Source: an uncultured bacterium (GTDB lineage: Bacteria; JAJVIF01; JAPKYR01). Taken from it: a stretch of DNA of 60,286 nucleotides. The notes beneath the pieces were generated by a model. The model saw only the letters and a list, made by a program, of their open reading frames with translations. It had not been told where the DNA came from and searched no databases. A program made the translations under genes and the position numbers. Positions 1-10,143 of this stretch are shown piece by piece. Location: assembly GCA_965369865.1 (NCBI GenBank), contig CBDURU010000007.1:1-60286 (forward strand), given 5' to 3'. Every line of letters begins with the position of its first letter. The stretch's first letter is position 1.

Positions 1-414
1 GATAATTCCTATGGCGTCAGATGCGTTTTTGATCTGGCGGGTCCAGCCGATCTTACCAGGCTCGATGGCCTGCTGCCTCCTATCCGGGAACTTGTCAACA
101 TGTTCCTTGGAGCCGACCCGATTCTCAAAGGAATTGATGAACCGTTACCGGGAGCGCTGGAAGCATCGCCTCTGACATATATTGACCAGGGGGACCCCCC
201 GGTTTTTATTGTGCATGGAACAGTGGACATAATCATTCCGCAATGGCAGTCGGAGGAATTATACGAAACGCTTGTCGATGCTGGTGTCGAGGCTGAACTT
301 GTGATAGTCGAGGGTTTGGACCACGAGGGGCACTGGGAGCAGTCGGAAATGGCGCCTGAGGAAATCTGGTCGAGGATTCTCGAGTTTGCCATGAAGTATG
401 TGGGCGAGTGGTAG
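1..414 (+). CDS. Alpha/beta hydrolase (esterase/peptidase S9-like), C-terminal part; truncated by window start
   Basis: Frame is open from base 1 (DNSYGVRCVFDLAGPADL...). ASPLTYI..GDPPVFIVHGTVD..IP and EGLDH supply the typical catalytic Asp and His. Confidence 0.8.
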   Translation, partial: DNSYGVRCVFDLAGPADLTRLDGLLPPIRELVNMFLGADPILKGIDEPLPGALEASPLTYIDQGDPPVFIVHGTVDIIIPQWQSEELYETLVDAGVEAELVIVEGLDHEGHWEQSEMAPEEIWSRILEFAMKYVGEW

Positions 415-474
415 GCCGCTTTTTTATTACAACACAATTTTAATACGGGTCAATTACAAATAACGACCATAAAT

Positions 475-575
475 GGGTGGCCGTCACAAGCGGAGTATGA
501 CGTAGCTTGTGGCAGGGGATATTGTTTAGAAGTCGCCGACAAGCTACGCTTTCTCTCCGCTTGTCGTCGGCACCC
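475..575. repeat. Inverted pair (REPIN-like doublet) of REP hairpins related to the RAYT-flanking repeats
   Basis: GGGTGGCCGTCACAAGC-13nt-GCTTGTGGC at 475-513 and an inverted copy CGACAAGC-14nt-GCTTGTCGTCGGCACCC at 537-575, between convergent genes. Confidence 0.7.
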
Positions 576-614
576 GCTAATCCACACCATCTAAGAAGGA
601 TTCTTTAACCCACC

Positions 615-2720
615 CTACCCCTCCTCAAACAACGGGGGTTGGCCGTCTTTCCCATTTGTTTTAATTTCCGGGGTTTCAGAACCTGATTCCGTTTGTCCCG
701 GCTCCTCATCCAGCGGCGGACCGGTGATCTCAATTACCATGATCGCGATGTCATCGAACGGCTCGGCACCGTGCTGGAAATCCACAACATCCTTGAGTAG
801 CGCGTCAATGAGAGGCGTTTTTCCCTTCAGGCAATTCCTCTCCACGGAATCGCTGAATGCCTTCCTCCCGTAACGCCTGCCGTCCGGGTTCATTGCATCG
901 GTGATCCCATCCGTAAAAAACACGATTTTATCATTCTGTTTAAGCTGGATTTTTTCTACCGAATACTTCGTGCCCTCGAACATCCCCAGGGGAAGGCCTT
1001 CGCCCGCAAGCTGTGAGAGGAATTCCTGGTCATGATGCCACCATAGGGGTTTTTCACTTCCCGCGATCGAATATGTCATCCTGTGTGTTTTCGGATCGAG
1101 GATCGAATAGAACCCGGTGGAATACTGGAAGAAATCCTCCAGCCCCGAGTCCCTCTCATACAGGCTTTCATTCAGGAGCTTCAGCATCTCATTCGGACGC
1201 CTCACCTTGTGGGCGAGAACGCGAACCGAGTTGATTATCGCCATCATCGTAAGACTTGCCGGGACCCCCTTCCCGCTGACATCCCCCATAGCGATCCCGA
1301 TTCGGCTGCCGCCCAGTTCAACGATATCGAAATAATCTCCGGACAACTGCCGTGCCGGATGAATCAATCCCCTTATCCTGACATTTTCCATTTCATAAAT
1401 TTTGGGAAGAACATGCTGCTGGACTTTTTCCGCAAGGCGGATCTCCTCGTTTTTTCGTTCGTTCTGGAGCATTATCTCGTGATGAATTCGTGCGTTACGG
1501 ATTGCTATCGCGATCTCGCCGGAGAGATATTCCAGTGTCTCGATATGGGTTCTTGAGAACATATTGCCCTGGTCGCCGTAGAAAAAGAGCAGGCCTTCCA
1601 CAATGTCCTCGCGAAGGATCGGAAATGCCAGGAACGATTTAAGGTTGTATTTATCGATAAGCGATGGTGTAAACCATGGCCCGAGGTTATCCACACGGAA
1701 TTCATCGATTAACAGGCTCGACCCAGTTTTTCTTACGTAGTCAACAATAGTCTGGAATGAATCGGACCCAAAGAAACGTTTCCAGTTTTCAGAACTCGGC
1801 CGGATGAGTTCTGCGAATTCGCCACGCTGTGAGCCCGGTTCAAACAGTTTGATCACGGCTGCCGGCGCCCCGCACACCATCATCCCGTTCACGAGGACAA
1901 TATCGAGGATTTCTTCCGGGTCAAGTCCGGCGGCATTGATTGCCTTGGATATCTGGGTAATTTTCTGGAGACGATCTACAGTCAGATCGATTTTTGACTT
2001 CGCGAGGTTCAGATCGAGCGTACGCTGTACCAGTACCCATATCACGAGAAGAAAAATCAGGGGTGGGATGAGCCTGATCCCAAGTGTGTTGTAGTAGATC
2101 AGGAAAATGTAAAAGCTCAATGGAGTGAAAATCAACGTGCTTACAAGGTCCCAGCGGATTAATTTCATAAGGACCGACTGCTGGATAACCCTTCCTTCCG
2201 CTATCACCGCCGGAATCAGTAGGCTGATATTGACGAATGTATGGATTAACGCAGCACCTAACAGCGGGACAAACATGCTTGCGTTCGGCTGCCCGAGAAA
2301 CGCTTCCACTCGTGCCGAATCGCCAATTCCACCGATTCCACCAAGGCTGAAATAAATCAATCCTGCAAGACAAGTAGTGATAAACTGGACCGAAGCGTTG
2401 ACCAGGACTGCATTAAACCTTTTACGGTGGAAGATACCATCGCCCAGCGTCACACCTACAGCCGCAATAAGACCACCTGTTAAAGGTCCCAGCGCCAGCA
2501 CCGCGAGGAAGTTAACACTGTACGCCTGGCTTATTCGCGCGAACTGGAATTCGACTTTTATGTGGTAGGAAAACGCGCTGGCGACAATCAGGACCAGCAT
2601 TGTGACCCAGTATTCCTCAATAGGCAGGAGGTAGATCGAATAGACAATAAGCCCAAAGCCGATCGCGAGCTCGAGCCAGGTTACATATCTGGAGATTTTT
2701 TGAAGTCCGGTGCTTGGCAT
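615..2720 (-). CDS. Membrane sensor with GAF domain and PP2C/SpoIIE-family (RsbU-like) phosphatase
   Basis: Multiple N-terminal TM helices, a GAF-like middle, and PP2C motifs SGDYFD, GDVSGKG, FTDGITD, DDIAI. Confidence 0.9.
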   Translation of the reverse strand: MPSTGLQKISRYVTWLELAIGFGLIVYSIYLLPIEEYWVTMLVLIVASAFSYHIKVEFQFARISQAYSVNFLAVLALGPLTGGLIAAVGVTLGDGIFHRKRFNAVLVNASVQFITTCLAGLIYFSLGGIGGIGDSARVEAFLGQPNASMFVPLLGAALIHTFVNISLLIPAVIAEGRVIQQSVLMKLIRWDLVSTLIFTPLSFYIFLIYYNTLGIRLIPPLIFLLVIWVLVQRTLDLNLAKSKIDLTVDRLQKITQISKAINAAGLDPEEILDIVLVNGMMVCGAPAAVIKLFEPGSQRGEFAELIRPSSENWKRFFGSDSFQTIVDYVRKTGSSLLIDEFRVDNLGPWFTPSLIDKYNLKSFLAFPILREDIVEGLLFFYGDQGNMFSRTHIETLEYLSGEIAIAIRNARIHHEIMLQNERKNEEIRLAEKVQQHVLPKIYEMENVRIRGLIHPARQLSGDYFDIVELGGSRIGIAMGDVSGKGVPASLTMMAIINSVRVLAHKVRRPNEMLKLLNESLYERDSGLEDFFQYSTGFYSILDPKTHRMTYSIAGSEKPLWWHHDQEFLSQLAGEGLPLGMFEGTKYSVEKIQLKQNDKIVFFTDGITDAMNPDGRRYGRKAFSDSVERNCLKGKTPLIDALLKDVVDFQHGAEPFDDIAIMVIEITGPPLDEEPGQTESGSETPEIKTNGKDGQPPLFEEG

Positions 2721-2883
2721 ATGTGCTACAACGCATAAATTTTGAGCTCACTTGGCTCTACACATTAATGTCTTAGCCGGTTTATGCGTTATGTCCGGCT
2801 TTAACCCTATTAATTTATATTAACTATATAACAGGAAAATCAGGAAGCGTAAATGGGGTTGAGGAATGAATTTAATAATGAAC

Positions 2884-2901
2884 GCGGAGCTCCAGCTCCG
2901 C
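2884..2901. repeat. 18-bp palindromic REP-like element GCGGAGCTCCAGCTCCGC
   Basis: Exact reverse-complement copy at 43527-43544; both copies are intergenic. Confidence 0.7.
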
Positions 2902-2941
2902 ATCATTAAAAAAAATACCGCTAAGCTCCTCAATCAAATCA

Positions 2942-4612
2942 TTAAGGAATGACAATTCGAAACTTGACGGTAATATCTGATTCAAGCTCGTTGCAGAGAT
3001 CCTTCACCACGCAGGTCATGTTGAGGTTGAACGGAAACGACACCTCTGGTACAACAAAAACAAGATCGGTTGCTGCTGTCGAGGGGGTTGGATCGTAATT
3101 AAGCACCACAAGATCGCCTAGATCGTTCCACGCGTACATCAATGGGGGTGACTGGCTTACACCTCGGGCTTCGCAGAAACTGGTGGATGATTCAGCAGTA
3201 CCGGTAAGGTTTACGGTTACCTGGTTGCCGGGTGAAATTTCATACCGGCCGTAGACCGGCGACGGCGTAATCTCAATGGCCCAAACCAGTACGGATGTCA
3301 GCTCCACCTGGGGATGGACGATTACCATGAAATCGCGGGATTCCTGGTCGGTCAGGCTGTTGCACTGGTCCGTGACTGTACACAGGAATGAATACCTTGT
3401 TCCATTATCAGCCGCGGGTGCGACAAATTCGATTTCGCTTTTTCCGTTATTCTCAGGGAACGGTTCAAAATATGGCGTTATCTTGGGTGTGAAGCCTGTC
3501 GTTTCCTGCCACAGCCATTCAATGTCAGGGCTTATTCCCTTCAGGATGCAAAGGCTGGAATCCTGCACAATCGCAGTTGCCCCTAAGATAATTTCATCAC
3601 CCGGCAGAACAACATAATGATCGAAATATGGGTCATACGTCAGCAACTCGCCATTCGCGGTACCGCCGATGCTGGTAATTTCAGGTTTCCCGATTATCAG
3701 AAAATCGAATGACTGAGTAGTTTCAAGACCCACACATTCATCGGTAACAATGCAGTCAATTCTGAAAGTCGCACTCACCCCGATTGTTATGGGTATGTCA
3801 AAGTTGGCAGATGTTGCGTTGAAAGGATCGTCAGAATGTGTAAGGTTGATTCCCTCGTAAGTGCTCGACCATGTGTATCTCAATTCATTCCCCACCGGCA
3901 CTCCGTGGTTTCTGCAGATTGAGTCGGATGTCCGTTTGTCAGCGGTAATTGCAATTTCGCATTCATCCCCGCGCTCGATTTCAAAATAGCCGTTCTGGTC
4001 CACTGATTCTGTAACCGGTGAACCCGAATTTATTTCGGTTTTTACCGTGGCTGCAGATATTACCGGTGGTCCCTGATTGGCAAATGCGCGGAAGGTCAAT
4101 GTCTTGGTACCGGTCTTCGCCAGGCATTCATCGAAAACCGCCACCCCGATTGTATAAAGCAAACCTTCACCCGGATCGAGTCCGGCAAGTTCCGGCACAC
4201 GCCATGTCGCGACATTCGATGGGTTCGGAGACTGGCTGATAAGTCCAGGCTGGTCGATCCCTTCCGGCGGTGTTGACTGAAACGTGTAGATCAGGTTTCC
4301 GGTTACCGTTTCACCCTCTGTAAGGCCGCAGCTTTCGGGCCACGCCTGACTTGTAGCCTGGACGGTAAAGGTGATTTCCTCGGTGGAGTAAACGATATTG
4401 TTCGTGACCTCTGAACCACCCCGTTGAGCGGTGAAGCTCTCGATTGTCGGACGTAGCGGGTCATGTACGTTGTCCGGGCCATCATCGGGAATGACGGCGC
4501 TGCCGCCGCCACAAGTCAGTGACGTCGTGACTATAAATAAAGTCAGCACAAGTATCAGTGACGATGCTGGAATGGTCAGATTGATATCTTTAATGTGCTT
4601 GAAGCGCATCAC
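2942..4612 (-). CDS. Putative lipoprotein with four tandem Cys-containing Ig/PKD-like domains
   Basis: Hydrophobic signal ending LTCGGGS; four ~125-aa repeats each ending V-x-D-x-C (VFDEC, VTDEC, VTDQC, VKDLC). Confidence 0.7.
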   Translation of the reverse strand: MMRFKHIKDINLTIPASSLILVLTLFIVTTSLTCGGGSAVIPDDGPDNVHDPLRPTIESFTAQRGGSEVTNNIVYSTEEITFTVQATSQAWPESCGLTEGETVTGNLIYTFQSTPPEGIDQPGLISQSPNPSNVATWRVPELAGLDPGEGLLYTIGVAVFDECLAKTGTKTLTFRAFANQGPPVISAATVKTEINSGSPVTESVDQNGYFEIERGDECEIAITADKRTSDSICRNHGVPVGNELRYTWSSTYEGINLTHSDDPFNATSANFDIPITIGVSATFRIDCIVTDECVGLETTQSFDFLIIGKPEITSIGGTANGELLTYDPYFDHYVVLPGDEIILGATAIVQDSSLCILKGISPDIEWLWQETTGFTPKITPYFEPFPENNGKSEIEFVAPAADNGTRYSFLCTVTDQCNSLTDQESRDFMVIVHPQVELTSVLVWAIEITPSPVYGRYEISPGNQVTVNLTGTAESSTSFCEARGVSQSPPLMYAWNDLGDLVVLNYDPTPSTAATDLVFVVPEVSFPFNLNMTCVVKDLCNELESDITVKFRIVIP

Positions 4613-4724
4613 TTTTAAATTTCGACAAAAATTAGAAGAAATTAACAGATATCAGGTTTACCGGGACAAATCGGGCCATGATAGCCCCGGATTTTTAAAA
4701 TAAATTGTAATAAATTAAAATAAA

Positions 4725-5861
4725 TTACAGCAAATCCAACCAGCCCTGCTGACTGAGCCGGTCTATGATCCCACGAACTTTTGGTGAACTCTCCCTGGGC
4801 AGGATCAAAATGGCGTCAGGCGTATCGACAACAATCAGGTCCTCACAGTCGAGGCACACAACCGCCCTCTTCCCGGGAAAGATCGCTACGTTTTTCGATC
4901 CGGGATGTAAGACTCTTGGTTCGTCGCCATCCGGACGGGGAGCGATTCGTATGCCGTCGTCATCCGCTTCCAGAAGGTCGGCCAGTGCAGAAAAACCACC
5001 GAGATCGTCCCAGCCCATTTCAACGGGAATTGTCGCGATTTTGTCGGCTTTCTCCATTAATGCATAGTCGATACTCGTTTGGAGTTTTGATGGCAGGTCC
5101 AGGTAGGCTTGATGGACCTCATCGATCGCCTCCCAGTCACAGACAGGATTTTCAAGCGTGAGTTCCTTCCTGTTAAGCACATGTGAAAGCCCGGAGATAA
5201 TATCGTGCAGGTACGGCTGGGCACTTGAAATAAGGTCGAGCATTGTTACAGCCGAGAAAATAAATATCCCGCTGTTCCAGTAAGCGTCCTCGTCGCAGTG
5301 GTACTTCTCAGCGATATCGAGGCCCGGCTTTTCCTGGAATTTATCGACTTTGAAAACTTCGAAATCATTGCCCTGATACCCGGGAATTTTGTCAGCTTTC
5401 CGCACGTGGCCATAGTTGGGTTCCGGGTGGCGTGTCGGGATACCAAGCGTGATGATATAACCGTCGCGTGCTACATCAAAAGCCAGTTTCAATGCGCTCC
5501 GAAGTTTCTCTGGTTCATGAATATGATGGTCCGCCGGGAGAAACGCGATTATTGCATCCGGATCACGGTCGGCTAGCATCCTCGTGCAAATGGACATTGG
5601 GAAAAGATTGTTCCTGCCCATTGGCTCGATAATTATGCCTGTAGCACGTCCACGTGCGATATCGCGCACTACCGGAGCCTGTTCCGGGATCGTGATCAGA
5701 AACCTTTGTTCAGGCTCGATCAGCTCATCAAGACGATTCAGAGTCTCCTCTAAAAGTGGTGCCCCGCCGGCCAGCGATATCAGATGTTTGGGTCGCGACC
5801 GTCGGGATAGCGGCCACAGCCTCGTCCCACTACCACCGGAAAGTATAAGTGCGTAATTCAC
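4725..5861 (-). CDS. manC: Mannose-1-phosphate guanylyltransferase
   Basis: ILSGGSGTRLWPLSR..PK, EP.GRN, PADH, F.EKP, WNSGIF, SIDYALMEK, GWDDLG. GTG start at 5861 follows AAGGAGG. Confidence 0.92.
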   Translation of the reverse strand: MNYALILSGGSGTRLWPLSRRSRPKHLISLAGGAPLLEETLNRLDELIEPEQRFLITIPEQAPVVRDIARGRATGIIIEPMGRNNLFPMSICTRMLADRDPDAIIAFLPADHHIHEPEKLRSALKLAFDVARDGYIITLGIPTRHPEPNYGHVRKADKIPGYQGNDFEVFKVDKFQEKPGLDIAEKYHCDEDAYWNSGIFIFSAVTMLDLISSAQPYLHDIISGLSHVLNRKELTLENPVCDWEAIDEVHQAYLDLPSKLQTSIDYALMEKADKIATIPVEMGWDDLGGFSALADLLEADDDGIRIAPRPDGDEPRVLHPGSKNVAIFPGKRAVVCLDCEDLIVVDTPDAILILPRESSPKVRGIIDRLSQQGWLDLL

Positions 5862-5963
5862 TAGAGCCTCCTTTATCAAATTTTATTTTAACAGAAAGGA
5901 AGTCAGGCGCACAGGGTAGCTGGAAATTTTTATGTTATTTTAGGGCATCGATCCAAGAGGCAA

Positions 5964-5997
5964 TAAAAAAGAATCGCGGTCGGTAACGACCGCGATT
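5964..5997 (-). terminator. Intrinsic terminator downstream of Flp pilin
   Basis: AATCGCGGTCG-GTAA-CGACCGCGATT hairpin preceded on + by an A-run (U-tract on -). Confidence 0.75.
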
Positions 5998-6026
5998 ATA
6001 TGCTGGAGAACTGGTTTTAATTCAAA

Positions 6027-6203
6027 TTAAAGACCTGCAAATGCATCAGTGATTAAAAAATAGAATGTATCAATAATTATTTCTCCGAAAAAAGTTAGCG
6101 TGGCAAGAGCCGCAATGGAAACGATCGACAACACCATTGCATACTCTGTCAGTCCTTGACCACGCTGATTCCTGGTTATTTTGATGATTTTATTTTCAAA
6201 CAC
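6027..6203 (-). CDS. flp: Flp family type IVb pilin
   Basis: Prepilin motif RGQGLTEY followed by a hydrophobic helix; GTG start with GGAGG upstream; small size. Confidence 0.85.
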   Translation of the reverse strand: MFENKIIKITRNQRGQGLTEYAMVLSIVSIAALATLTFFGEIIIDTFYFLITDAFAGL

Positions 6204-6244
6204 AATTAAGCCTCCAATCAAGGGGCCAGCTAATTACCGAAATT

Positions 6245-6273
6245 ATTATACCATGCATATATCGTCTTAACAA
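6245..6273 (-). promoter_or_regulatory. Sigma70-type promoter of flp
   Basis: TTGTTA-17nt-TATAAT with extended TG on the minus strand. Confidence 0.55.
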
Positions 6274-6430
6274 GGGGATATTATGATATTATTAGATATT
6301 ATTTCCGGAGGCTCATCTGGGCATTATCTCACTCATAAAGCAACTTGATATCATTGATAACATCTTAATTGCCGGACCACATATGTCGGATCTCGCGTTT
6401 GATATAATGCTCGGGTTCATGGACACTGGC

Positions 6431-7003
6431 ATGAGGAAAATTTTATTCGAATACACCGACAAATCAGGATGCTGCCTGTACTCGATCTTCTCGTTCGTCT
6501 CCGCAGGAGCAATGGGCTGTTTCTCTCTGTATCTCTTTATTCAAGCGCTTTTTAGCCTGGGCTGGCTCCTTTTTATTTTAATATTAATCGTGGTCGGTCT
6601 GCCGATGCTTCTTTACAGTTTTCTTATAGGCATGCCGATCGATTTCGTCCAGTTCATGCTTTTCATACCCGTCATCCGTCTCAGGGCATGGCATGACCGG
6701 ATGCACATCAGTATCGGCCTGTTCTCATGGCCGTACAAAAGAATCATGAAAGATGAAATAATTTCTATAAATGCCACTCCGGAGCCATTAAGTAAATATG
6801 CCGGCAGATTTGGATTCAGACCGCCTAAGGGATGGAAAAAATATTTTCTCACGACCGCCGATCGCGGATTGATGATAGTCACAAAAAATGCAAAATATCT
6901 TGTGAACTGCCCCGATCCGGATGAAGCTGAATCCGTCCTCAATGAAATATTCAGCCTCGCTGCAACAGTGCCTGCACCCGTTATTTCTCGCAATATTCTT
7001 TAA
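6431..7003 (+). CDS. Hypothetical membrane protein (2-3 TM, possible PH-like C-terminal domain)
   Basis: Hydrophobic N-half and soluble beta-rich C-half. Start uncertain (6383/6419/6431); TGATATAAT at ~6400 favours a later start. Confidence 0.65.
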   Translation: MRKILFEYTDKSGCCLYSIFSFVSAGAMGCFSLYLFIQALFSLGWLLFILILIVVGLPMLLYSFLIGMPIDFVQFMLFIPVIRLRAWHDRMHISIGLFSWPYKRIMKDEIISINATPEPLSKYAGRFGFRPPKGWKKYFLTTADRGLMIVTKNAKYLVNCPDPDEAESVLNEIFSLAATVPAPVISRNIL

Positions 7004-7313
7004 TATATAACCAGCGTGTCCCGGATGCCACACAGTGTCGGCCTGCCAATCTCCTGTGGCTCAAATCCCACACATTTCACATGGTTCAAAAAATCGTGGA
7101 TTTAATAGATTCTAATAATACTTAATTAGCTGGACTTTTAAAAAATATATTGAACAGGCGGATGGCCAGTATTCATAAGGGAATCAGCCAGTATCCATAA
7201 GGAATTCAGTTGATAAAGCAAATCCAGTGTAAAAGTCAAAATTTGACACCAGGCAATAATTGGCAAGATACTTGAATCGGCACGAAAGGTGCATAGATTT
7301 GTACGGGATCACT

Positions 7314-8765
7314 ATGCTCTATGTCGAACACACAACTGAAGTCGCCAAACCAACCATGAGAACATGCGAGCATTTTCATATGGTCGGCATCGGTGGGATT
7401 GGCATGAGTGCCCTCGCCAGAATGCTGATCTCCCTTGGCTACAGGATAAGCGGGTCAGATATCAGGGCCGGTCAGCTTATCCAGGAGCTAAGGGACCTCG
7501 GAATCGATATCTACGTCGGCCATATGGCTGAAAATATTGGAAACTCCGATTGTCTTATAGTTTCATCCTCCATTCATCCCGATAATCCTGAAATTCTCGC
7601 GGCGAAAGCCCTTGCGGTACCTATCGTACATCGCGGCGAAATGCTCGCGATTTTAATGGACGCCCAGAGGGGTATCGCTGTCAGCGGCACTCACGGCAAA
7701 TCGACAACTTCAGCCATGCTTGCCTACATCCTCGAGGCCGCCGGCTGGGATCCAAGCGCGTATATCGGCGCTATCGTTCCATTGTACAATTCAAATGCCA
7801 AAACCGGACTTGGCGACTTTTTTGTGTCGGAAGCGGATGAATCGGATGAAAGTTTCCTGAAGTTGAATCCTGAGATCGCGGTAATAACAAATATCGAACC
7901 CGATCATATGGACCACTACGGAACCAAGGAGAAGCTGTTCAGTAGTTTCCGCAAGTTCCTCGAGAAGGTTCCGAGCAAGGGATTCGGGGTAGTATCCGCC
8001 GATGATCCTGGTGTCCAGGAACTCGGTCCGATATTCACGCAGCGACTGACCACATTCGGAATTGAAAATCCCGCCGACTGCATGGCGATTAATATTGTCA
8101 ATAACGATTTCTCGGTTACATTCGAGCTTATCTGGAAGGATGAGAATCTTGGCACGATCACCCTTCGGGCACCGGGAGAATTCAATGTCCTGAACGCGCT
8201 TGCGGCTTGCGCGACCGCGTTACGGCTGGGAATCGGGTTCGAGAGCTTGAAGGCCGGGCTTGAGGAGTATAAGGGAATCTCGAGGCGTTTCGAGATCCAC
8301 AAGAACAACGGGTTCATGGTTGTCGATGACTACGCCCATCACCCGACTGAAATCAAGGCGATTCTTTCCGGAACACGTGCCAGCACCGACAGGCGGATAA
8401 TTGCCGTGTTCCAGCCCCACCGTTATACCCGGTCCAGCTACATGCGGAAAGAGTACGGTGTTTCATTTAACGACGCCGATGAGGTCATTGTTACCGATAT
8501 TTACTCCGCCGGTGAAAATCCGATCGAAAATGTAACCAGTAAATTGCTGGTTGATTCGATCAGGAGCCAGTGCACCCCGAACCTTCAGGTCACCGAGCTA
8601 AGCGGTCTCGATAACGTAATTCAAAAATTGAAAGCCGATGTCCGCCCTGGTGACATAATTATTACACTCGGCGCCGGAGACATTCATAAAGTCGCCGAGG
8701 CAATCGCTCGGGACCCGAGTCTCTGTCCTGAGGAGCAGGAACTTTACCACGTCCAGACAGGTTAA
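7314..8765 (+). CDS. murC: UDP-N-acetylmuramate--L-alanine ligase
   Basis: HMVGIGGIGMSALA, GTHGKSTT, EADESD, DHMD, DDYAHHPTE, FQPHRYTR. Start could be 7314 or 7356. Confidence 0.97.
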   Translation: MLYVEHTTEVAKPTMRTCEHFHMVGIGGIGMSALARMLISLGYRISGSDIRAGQLIQELRDLGIDIYVGHMAENIGNSDCLIVSSSIHPDNPEILAAKALAVPIVHRGEMLAILMDAQRGIAVSGTHGKSTTSAMLAYILEAAGWDPSAYIGAIVPLYNSNAKTGLGDFFVSEADESDESFLKLNPEIAVITNIEPDHMDHYGTKEKLFSSFRKFLEKVPSKGFGVVSADDPGVQELGPIFTQRLTTFGIENPADCMAINIVNNDFSVTFELIWKDENLGTITLRAPGEFNVLNALAACATALRLGIGFESLKAGLEEYKGISRRFEIHKNNGFMVVDDYAHHPTEIKAILSGTRASTDRRIIAVFQPHRYTRSSYMRKEYGVSFNDADEVIVTDIYSAGENPIENVTSKLLVDSIRSQCTPNLQVTELSGLDNVIQKLKADVRPGDIIITLGAGDIHKVAEAIARDPSLCPEEQELYHVQTG

Positions 8766-8768
8766 AAG

Positions 8769-9761
8769 GTGAACGGGAATCCCATTATGGGTAGCAAAAT
8801 ACGGTCAATCGCGGTCCTTATGGGTGGTCCCTCGTCCGAGAGAGAAATAAGCCTCATGTCCGGAAAGGCGGTCTCCGATGCGCTTAAAAGCCGTGGATTC
8901 GATGTAAATGAAATCGATTTCGATCACGGCACTTATGATCTTCTGAACCGAACCCGTCCCGATGTAGTTTTCGTCGCGCTTCACGGACGTCCCGGCGAAG
9001 ACGGCACCGTGCAGGGGATGCTCGAAATCCTCGGGCTTCACTACACCGGAAGCGGGGTTCTCGCAAGCGCACTTTGTATCGATAAAGCTAAAACCCGCGA
9101 ACTTCTTACCGGGCATGGTATCCGAATGCCAGCCGACACTGTTATATCGGATGTTAACGAACTTCCGCGGGCATTATCGGAACTGAAAAACCTTGACATT
9201 GAATTACCGTTCATCGTTAAACCTACACAGGCCGGAAGTTCTGTCGGGCTTTCACGGGTTACCGATGAGAAGAACCTTGAAAAAGCAATCGTAACCGCAC
9301 TGGAATTTTCCCCGGAAGCACTGATCGAGGAGTACCTTACAGGCCCCGAGGTTACGGTCAGTATTATTGGAAACGGAAAACCGATTCTCCTCCCGACCAT
9401 TGAAATCACCAGCGAAAAGGGGATTTACGATTACGAGGCGAAATACACACCCGGTATGAGCCATCATATTATTCCTCCCAACATCGATCCTCAAAGGGTC
9501 AGGGAAGCTGAGGAGATGGCGTTCAAGGCATACAGGCTTCTGGGCATCGCGGGATGCGGCCGTGGGGAAGTAATGTTCAACAAGGATTTAGTTCCGTACT
9601 TTCTTGAATTTAACACGATCCCCGGCTTTACCGAGGTGAGCCTTCTTCCCGATGCGGCGAGGGCGGCGGGGATCGAATTCGGCGAATTATGCGAGCGGCT
9701 CATTGAGTATGCACTTGATAAATTCAGGCGGACACAGTCCGCGGCTTTTCAGGAGGTCTGA
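8769..9761 (+). CDS. ddl: D-alanine--D-alanine ligase
   Basis: GGPSSEREIS, LHGRPGEDG, GSSVG, YDYEAKY, EFNTIPG. Confidence 0.96.
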   Translation: MNGNPIMGSKIRSIAVLMGGPSSEREISLMSGKAVSDALKSRGFDVNEIDFDHGTYDLLNRTRPDVVFVALHGRPGEDGTVQGMLEILGLHYTGSGVLASALCIDKAKTRELLTGHGIRMPADTVISDVNELPRALSELKNLDIELPFIVKPTQAGSSVGLSRVTDEKNLEKAIVTALEFSPEALIEEYLTGPEVTVSIIGNGKPILLPTIEITSEKGIYDYEAKYTPGMSHHIIPPNIDPQRVREAEEMAFKAYRLLGIAGCGRGEVMFNKDLVPYFLEFNTIPGFTEVSLLPDAARAAGIEFGELCERLIEYALDKFRRTQSAAFQEV

Positions 9762-9816
9762 TAATTCGGCTGCCCGTGAGGATTGGAGCCGGGATGATTT
9801 TAGTGGGTGAGTTTGA

Positions 9817-10023
9817 ATGGTGCCAGAAATAACCATGAAAGAACTGATAATTCTTGTCCTGTGTTTCGTACTGTATGTGGTCGCGGTGGAAGTGTACGAG
9901 GCGAGGATCGATATCGCGCGCCAGGGATACCTCGCACCTCAGGAACAGAGCTTTAACTATGTACCCCCTACGCTGCCGGTAACAGAAGATAGTACGATGG
10001 ATTTGGTAATCGAGGATGAATGA
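9817..10023 (+). CDS. Small single-TM hypothetical protein
   Basis: 68-aa ORF co-oriented after ddl, with an N-terminal hydrophobic helix and acidic tail. Confidence 0.5.
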   Translation: MVPEITMKELIILVLCFVLYVVAVEVYEARIDIARQGYLAPQEQSFNYVPPTLPVTEDSTMDLVIEDE

Positions 10024-10094
10024 GAACGGCGGTATTGACGATTTTGGTTTATCTTGTTTTTATATTGTGGGATTGGTCTAAATTTCTAAAATGC

Positions 10095-10118
10095 AAAAAA
10101 CCCCTCCTGGAAGGGGTT
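10095..10118 (-). terminator. Intrinsic terminator of the TadG-like gene
   Basis: AACCCCT/AGGGGTT stem with an upstream A-run on +. Confidence 0.55.
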
Positions 10119-10143
10119 CGATTTATCCAGTATAAGTGAAATT

